64,000 bases of DNA from an uncultured Gemmatimonadaceae bacterium (GTDB lineage: Bacteria; Gemmatimonadota; Gemmatimonadetes; Gemmatimonadales; Gemmatimonadaceae): the NCBI GenBank assembly GCA_963817955.1, contig CAWFQK010000004.1, forward strand, positions 800,001 through 864,000. Direction: 5' to 3'. Within the stretch, counting starts at the first letter, position 1; every line of letters starts with the position of its first letter. A program made the position numbers and the translations under genes. The notes beneath the pieces are model-generated. The model did not search any database. It was not told the DNA's origin and saw only the letters and a program-made list of their open reading frames with translations. Of this stretch, positions 58,499-64,000 are shown in pieces.

Positions 58499-59779
58499 TC
58501 ACGTCTTCAACGGCTTCTTCTTCGCCGCCGGGAACAGCACGTTGTTCAGAATCAGCCGGTACCCCGGCGAATTCTTGAACAACGACAGATCCGTCGGCGG
58601 ATTGCCAATGGCGTGCTGCGGATCCTCGGGATCGTGACCGCCGTAGTACGTCCAGGTGCCTTTCCCGTAGTCACCGTGGATGTACTTCACCCATGGCGCG
58701 CCCTCCTCGTTGGCGAGGATGGTGACACCTGGCTTGATCACCGTCTTCATGAAGCTCGTCGTCACGCCATAGAAGTCGTTGATCACGGCCCGATGATCCT
58801 GGACCAGCATGGATGGAACGGGATCGAATTTCGCCGAGAAGTTGAACAGCGTGAACGTGCCGAGCGGTTGGCGCCGGCCGGCCGCGTTCACCTGGTGGCC
58901 ATCGATGTCGCTCATGGAGTTGACGAACGGCGATTGCTCCAGGTGTGCGTCACGAAACGCGAAGGTCCGACTCCAATCCATCTTGCGGTCGGCGTCCGGG
59001 TCCATTGGCGTGCCGTCGATGAAGCTCTGTGCGATATCGACGTTCTTGCCCGCAATGGCCAGCTCGAGGGTCTCCGTCGCCCCGCACATGGCAAACAGGA
59101 ACCCGCCGCGCTCGACGAACTCGCGGATTTTTTCGGCGACGTCTTTCTTCAGGGCCGGCAGGTTCGCAAAGCCAAGTCGCTTTGCCGACGCGGTGTTCTT
59201 TTGCAGGAGGTCGATGAACCAGGGCGCGTCGCGATAGGTCAGGTAGAACTTGTTGAGTTGTCCTGTGAAATCCTCGTGGTGCAGATGCAGCCAGTCGTAC
59301 TTGGTCAGATCGCCGTGCTCCACCTCGTCATCATAAATGGGGGTGTAGTCGATGCCCGCATACTTGAGCGCCAACGTCACCGCGTCGTCCCAGGGGAGTG
59401 CGTCTGCCGGCGTGTAGACCGCGATCTTCGGCGCCTTCTCCAGCGGTACCGCCTCCATGTTGTTTGCCGCGATCTCGGCGCGAATCTGCCCGAGACGGCC
59501 GTCGTCCACGGACTCGATGGAGATTCCGCTCAGTCCCGCCTGGCGGCGCAGTTCCGGCGTATCCGCAAGGAGGAACGATCCGCCTCGGTAGTTCAGCAAC
59601 CATTCCGCTGACGTGCCCGCCTTGATCGCGTTGTACGTGAGACCGTACGCCTTGAGATGGTTCTGCTGCGCGTCGTCCATGGGAACGAGCAACCGTTGCG
59701 CGCCGAGGGGCGACGCGAGAACGGTCAAGCCAACGAGGAGCACGGCTACGCGTTTGAGCGTTGTGAACATTGAAATCAT
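58499..59779 (-). CDS. Secreted class I glutamine-amidotransferase-like protein (family often labelled asparagine synthetase B)
   Basis: Signal peptide, WLHLHHEDFTGQ, FAMCGATE, GGHDPED; no asparagine synthetase ATP-binding domain. Confidence 0.75.
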   Translation of the reverse strand: MISMFTTLKRVAVLLVGLTVLASPLGAQRLLVPMDDAQQNHLKAYGLTYNAIKAGTSAEWLLNYRGGSFLLADTPELRRQAGLSGISIESVDDGRLGQIRAEIAANNMEAVPLEKAPKIAVYTPADALPWDDAVTLALKYAGIDYTPIYDDEVEHGDLTKYDWLHLHHEDFTGQLNKFYLTYRDAPWFIDLLQKNTASAKRLGFANLPALKKDVAEKIREFVERGGFLFAMCGATETLELAIAGKNVDIAQSFIDGTPMDPDADRKMDWSRTFAFRDAHLEQSPFVNSMSDIDGHQVNAAGRRQPLGTFTLFNFSAKFDPVPSMLVQDHRAVINDFYGVTTSFMKTVIKPGVTILANEEGAPWVKYIHGDYGKGTWTYYGGHDPEDPQHAIGNPPTDLSLFKNSPGYRLILNNVLFPAAKKKPLKT

Positions 59780-61488
59780 CCTGGAGGAATCGCGCTCTTC
59801 GCGATGTCGAGCTCGCGGCGAGCCTGCGGGACGAGCGCACTCTGCGGGTACGTGAGGATCATGTGCTCCAGGTGCGCCGCGGCACCCACGCTGTCACCCT
59901 TCCGGCGCAACAGCCGGGACCACTCGAGTTCCGCCTGTGGTGCCTCCGGTGTGTCCGATTCGTTCTTGACGATCCGGGCCCACAATGCCATGGCCTGCGA
60001 GTCGTTGCGCAACGCGGCGTGAATCTGTGCCGACGTCAGGAGCAACAGCGAACGCACGGCAGGGACGCGCTCCGCCGCAGCGGCGAACTGCGCAGCAGCG
60101 CCGGCGCTGTCGCCGCGCGCCAGCGCCAGAAATGCCTTGCCGATGTCGGGCGCGCTGTCAGCCTTGAGCCGGGCAATGAGACCGAGCGCGAGCGCCAGCT
60201 CAGGCGTGCTTTCGGTTCCACCGCGCAGCAGCGTTCGCGCCGTCTTTAAATTTCCCTCATACAGCGCCAGCCACCCGGCGGCATCGCTCGAATCGCCCTC
60301 GGCACCCGTCGCGGCCAGCGCGGCGCGTGCGCGCGTCATGTCGCCCGTGCGGACCCACCCCCACGCGATGGTGCGCGCGAGCGCGTTGTGCGCACCAGGC
60401 GACAGAAAATGATCGTAGGCCGTGAGCAGTCGTTCGGCTTCGGCTGGCCGGCCGAGCGCGGCAAGGGCCCGCGCATGCAGCGGGAGATACATCCGCGCGA
60501 TCGCCGCCGAATCGCCCCGCGCATCGCTGACCGGCGCGAGGCGGAGCGCCGCCGCTGCGTCACCGGCGTTCAGCGCGGCGTTTGCGGCACGAAGAGACAC
60601 CTGAGGCGTACGACGCCAGCGGAGCGCGGATTCCAACGCCTCGCGGGCGATCGTCCACCGATCCTCGCTTTCAGCACGCTGCGCGAACTCCGACCATGCG
60701 TCGGCAGCGGCACTGTCCGGTGGAAGGTCCTTGAGGGCATTCCAACCGTCGCCGGGCGATCCCCACGTTGTCTCGAGCTCGGCGAGCGCGCGCCGCGACG
60801 ACACTTCGATGGGAAGCGCCATGAAGATCTCGCGTACTTGCGGTCGCGACGACGGGGGCGTTGGCGCCAGCGCATACGCCGCCGCTTGTCCAAGGTAGTC
60901 GGCGCTGAGCAGCGCCTCCCGCCACGCCTGGGCAGACTCCACCCACTGCCCCTGCGCGGCGCGTGCTTGTGCGAGCTCGAGCTGCAAATCTTTGGTCGTG
61001 CCGAGCGCCTGGCGCGCAAGCAACAGGACGCTGTCGGCGGTCGCGGTCAGATTCTTCTGGAGCAGCAGCCGGGCGTATTCCCGATATGGAGACGCGCTGT
61101 TCGGCATGTCCCGCGTCCACATGCCGAACGCGCGGCGAAGGTCGTCGTCGCGGCCAAGCGACTGAAGCGTGCGAAGCTGCACGGTGCGGAACGTCTCTTC
61201 TCGAGGGCTGGCCGCGATCAGCGTGTCCAGCGGCGGCAGGAGCGAATCGGAGCGGCCCAACTCCGCGTAGACCCGTTCGAGACCCAGCAGCGCATTCACG
61301 CCCGCGGGGGTGTGCAGCGCGGTGCGAAAGAACGGAACCGCCTCGCGGTATTTGCCGGACGCCTCGAGATCCAGGGCCTTGTAGAAAGCCATCGTGTCGG
61401 CGGGGGGCGCCTGAGCGGCGATCGTGTTGCTCGGTACAACAAGCCTCAGCAGACCCAGACAGATTCCGCCGACGAGTACGCGGAGCAT
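59776..61488 (-). CDS. Exported tetratricopeptide-repeat protein
   Basis: Signal peptide, Ala/Leu-rich helical repeats, C-terminal YPQSALVPQARR; start uncertain. Confidence 0.8.
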   Translation of the reverse strand: MLRVLVGGICLGLLRLVVPSNTIAAQAPPADTMAFYKALDLEASGKYREAVPFFRTALHTPAGVNALLGLERVYAELGRSDSLLPPLDTLIAASPREETFRTVQLRTLQSLGRDDDLRRAFGMWTRDMPNSASPYREYARLLLQKNLTATADSVLLLARQALGTTKDLQLELAQARAAQGQWVESAQAWREALLSADYLGQAAAYALAPTPPSSRPQVREIFMALPIEVSSRRALAELETTWGSPGDGWNALKDLPPDSAAADAWSEFAQRAESEDRWTIAREALESALRWRRTPQVSLRAANAALNAGDAAAALRLAPVSDARGDSAAIARMYLPLHARALAALGRPAEAERLLTAYDHFLSPGAHNALARTIAWGWVRTGDMTRARAALAATGAEGDSSDAAGWLALYEGNLKTARTLLRGGTESTPELALALGLIARLKADSAPDIGKAFLALARGDSAGAAAQFAAAAERVPAVRSLLLLTSAQIHAALRNDSQAMALWARIVKNESDTPEAPQAELEWSRLLRRKGDSVGAAAHLEHMILTYPQSALVPQARRELDIAKSAIPPG

Positions 61489-61513
61489 GCGCCACCGCCC
61501 ACTCACCGCTGCA

Positions 61514-64000
61514 TCATGGGTTCGGCGCATTGATTCGCCTGAAGTACTCCAGGATCGACCGGCGCTCCTCGGCACTCAGTCCGCGTAGCTCGTCCCACGT
61601 GGGCTCGCGGAACCGGGCGACGGCGCGGCCGGTGGCGTTCGTGTTTTCCGGCTTCAACTCGTTGCCACCCTTGGCCGATGTCGCTTCACGTTTGTTCGTA
61701 TCGTCGCGCTCATCCTTCTGCAGCGAGTGGCCCGCATCGAGCAAACGGCGGAAGAGTTGCTGCTGGCGAGCGAGCGTGGACGCATCGAGCCGTCCGCCCT
61801 CGAGCGCTTCGGCGAGACGCTTGGCATCCTTCGCCAACTGCGCCGCCTTATCGCCGCCTGCGGCTTCGCCCAACTCGTCCAGTTGGGATGCGACCTGCCG
61901 CTGCTCGCGCGCGAGCACGCGCGCCGTCGCTTGCATGGACGCCGACATCGGCTGGCCCATGCCCGGCATCAGTCCCTGCGCCTGGGCGTTGATCGACCCC
62001 TGCTTCTTTGCCATCTCCTGCATCTGCTGGAGCATCTCGGCGAATCCCGTGGCCGAGCTCGACGTGTTCGCCTTTTCTCGATCGCGCGCCAGCGATGCCG
62101 CCGCACGGTTGAGCGCATCCGCCGCATCGCCGAGCGCGCTCGCTGTTTGCTGCGAGGCGCGCGCGTCAGCCGTGGACTGCATTCCTTCCGACACCTTTTG
62201 CTGCGCCTCGGACACGGCGCGCTGCGAGCGGCCGGACAGTAATGACGTCTTCTGACCTTCCTGTTGAAGCTTCTGCGCGGCGTTGTCGAGTCCCTGTTTC
62301 ACGGCGCTCTGTGCACCGCGCATCTCCTCCGGCTTCGCCTGTCCCGACTTGGCGTTCTGCTCGAGCTGCTGCTCCTGGCGGGCCATCTGTAGCATTTCCT
62401 GAATCGCCTGATCGAGCGCGTTCGTCAGCTCCGATTTCCACTCATTCACCTGCGACTCGCGCGCCTGCTTCATCGCGTCGGACGCGCGCTCCATCTGCGA
62501 CGCGGCGTCACGTGCACGCTGCTCCATTCCCTGCTCACCCGGCTGCTGCGCTCCACTCCCCTGCTTTGACTCACCTGGTTGGCTCTGTTGCTGGCCCGAC
62601 TGCTTCTGTGCACCACCATTCTGCGCACCACCATTCTGCGCCTGTGACTTGTCGGCCTGGGCCCCCTGCTTGTCCTGGCCGGCCGCTTGTCGCATGGCGT
62701 CCTCGGATGCGGCAGCGTGTTGCTGCGCCTCCTTTGTGTTTGACGCGCCGGCATTGGCGTTGTCCTTCTCCAATCGGTCCTGCAGCTTCTTCAATTCGTC
62801 GCTGAAACGTTGAGACCGATCGGCGAGTTGCTTGGCGTCGGCTTTCCGCGACTCGACCGCGTTGCCGCCTGCCGAGTCGGCGAGCGAGCGATCCTTCTCG
62901 GAAATATCCTTCGCTTCGTCCTTGAGCGTCTGCATTGCGCCCTCGAGCGCGGCGCGCTTGAGCATCTCGGCGCTCTTCTCGAGTTGCTCGCGCAGCTTCT
63001 GCTGCATGGCCTGGAGATCTTGGAGCGACTGCTGCGCCTGATCGCGCGACAACTGTTGTGTCGCGTTCTCCAGCTTCTGCATCTGCGCGAGGAGCTCCGG
63101 CGTCAGCGCATCGCGCAGCATGGACTGCGCTTCCTGGAATTGCCGAGCCAGGCTGCTATCGAGTGCACCAGCCTGTTTGAGCTGCTGCTCGAGCGCGGCG
63201 GCGGTCTGTTGGAGGTTCTTTACCTGTTCAGCCAATTCGCGCTGATCCTTCGCGACGGCCTTGGCCTTCTCGGCGGCCTCGTAGCTCAGCGAACCCAGTT
63301 TGTCGTCGCCCACGGCGTTGCTGGACGCGTCGGGCGAGGTACCGCGCCGGCTACGATCACGGGCTGCGTCACTCGTGCGCTGCTGCAGCGATTTCTCCGC
63401 CTGCGCGGCGGCACGGACCTGGCTCACCGCCGAGTCCATAGAGGCGCGGACGAGAGCGCGGCGCTCCTCCATGGTGGGAATCTTGAGCAGCACTTCACGG
63501 CTCTCTCCACGCTGCGCCCACGGCGAGTTGTCGATGGCGACGATCTTTACGTGCAGCGCATCGCCGGGTTTGAGGGCGCGTTGCGCCAAGTCGAGCACAG
63601 TGGCCCCACTCCACACCGCCAACAGCTGCCCACCGAGCGGCTGCGATTGGGACTGCACGGCGCCACCCTGTTTCCAGCTGACGACATCCACGCGCGACAG
63701 GCCGTGGTCGTCACTCGCCGTCGCCCGCAACGTGATCTTGTCGTCACCCGCCACGATCGTGTCGGTCGCCGGCGACACGAGCTCCACGTGCGGCGCGGAG
63801 TCCACGACCACGTCGAGCTCGACGGGAGCCGGCACATCCGTGATCGGCCCCGTGGCCCCACTCGCCAGCCACGCGTAATGCCCGCTCTTCCGCGCCTCGA
63901 ATCGTCCGCCAAATGTGTGGTCGTTCACGCGCAACACAATGGTGTCCGTCGCCGTCGTCAGGCGAACGTCGCGAAGCGACGTCGATGCGCGTCCGCTCAT
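61514..64000 (-). CDS. Large Gln/Ala-rich coiled-coil protein (DUF4175-like), 5' end beyond the window
   Basis: Ig-like A.DD.GL..A.DN segment, long coiled coil, RRLLDAG..., YFRRIN end. Confidence 0.8.
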   Translation of the reverse strand: MSGRASTSLRDVRLTTATDTIVLRVNDHTFGGRFEARKSGHYAWLASGATGPITDVPAPVELDVVVDSAPHVELVSPATDTIVAGDDKITLRATASDDHGLSRVDVVSWKQGGAVQSQSQPLGGQLLAVWSGATVLDLAQRALKPGDALHVKIVAIDNSPWAQRGESREVLLKIPTMEERRALVRASMDSAVSQVRAAAQAEKSLQQRTSDAARDRSRRGTSPDASSNAVGDDKLGSLSYEAAEKAKAVAKDQRELAEQVKNLQQTAAALEQQLKQAGALDSSLARQFQEAQSMLRDALTPELLAQMQKLENATQQLSRDQAQQSLQDLQAMQQKLREQLEKSAEMLKRAALEGAMQTLKDEAKDISEKDRSLADSAGGNAVESRKADAKQLADRSQRFSDELKKLQDRLEKDNANAGASNTKEAQQHAAASEDAMRQAAGQDKQGAQADKSQAQNGGAQNGGAQKQSGQQQSQPGESKQGSGAQQPGEQGMEQRARDAASQMERASDAMKQARESQVNEWKSELTNALDQAIQEMLQMARQEQQLEQNAKSGQAKPEEMRGAQSAVKQGLDNAAQKLQQEGQKTSLLSGRSQRAVSEAQQKVSEGMQSTADARASQQTASALGDAADALNRAAASLARDREKANTSSSATGFAEMLQQMQEMAKKQGSINAQAQGLMPGMGQPMSASMQATARVLAREQRQVASQLDELGEAAGGDKAAQLAKDAKRLAEALEGGRLDASTLARQQQLFRRLLDAGHSLQKDERDDTNKREATSAKGGNELKPENTNATGRAVARFREPTWDELRGLSAEERRSILEYFRRINAPNP

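Noticed and set aside
58499..59779. Assigning asnB
   Set aside because: Has a signal peptide and lacks the N-terminal Ntn Cys and the synthetase domain.
62610..62639. 15-bp tandem duplication
   Set aside because: In-frame AQNGG repeat within a low-complexity linker; ordinary.

Overview
GC-rich bacterial chromosomal segment. Gene content and promoter style suggest Gemmatimonadota or a similar lineage (inference, no database search). No rRNA, CRISPR array, integrase or transposase was seen. In order: a copper-homeostasis region (copA running off the left edge, a cupredoxin under two CsoR-type operators, and cusC/B/A preceded by a small His/Met/Cys-rich ORF ending in PPPRA); a pantothenate operon (DUF2520-panC-panB) plus a PAP2 phosphatase; a Rieske + cytochrome b/c-fusion pair behind a sigma54-like promoter; glycogen phosphorylase; a MoxR/DUF58/DUF4350/DUF4129/RDD-SpoIIM locus; patatin, metallophosphoesterase, saccharopine dehydrogenase-like, TonB receptor and VOC dioxygenase genes; PadR-ADOP and YtrA-ABC modules with visible operators; an outer-membrane protein and a cation transporter; two tRNA-Ser genes flanking an ECF sigma/anti-sigma module; gltX and lexA; and a minus-strand run (DUF4175-like, TPR, secreted GATase-like protein, frameshifted JAB-DinG helicase, FAH, dapL-like, membrane protein). 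Most notable: (1) a candidate metal-sensing leader/arrest peptide upstream of cusCBA; (2) a dispersed heptamer-periodic element just after stop codons; (3) a 1-nt frameshift removing the JAB glutamate from a JAB-DinG fusion; (4) a duplication-born 8-codon relay ORF; (5) a repeated leaderless-mRNA signature. Product calls come from motif recognition only.
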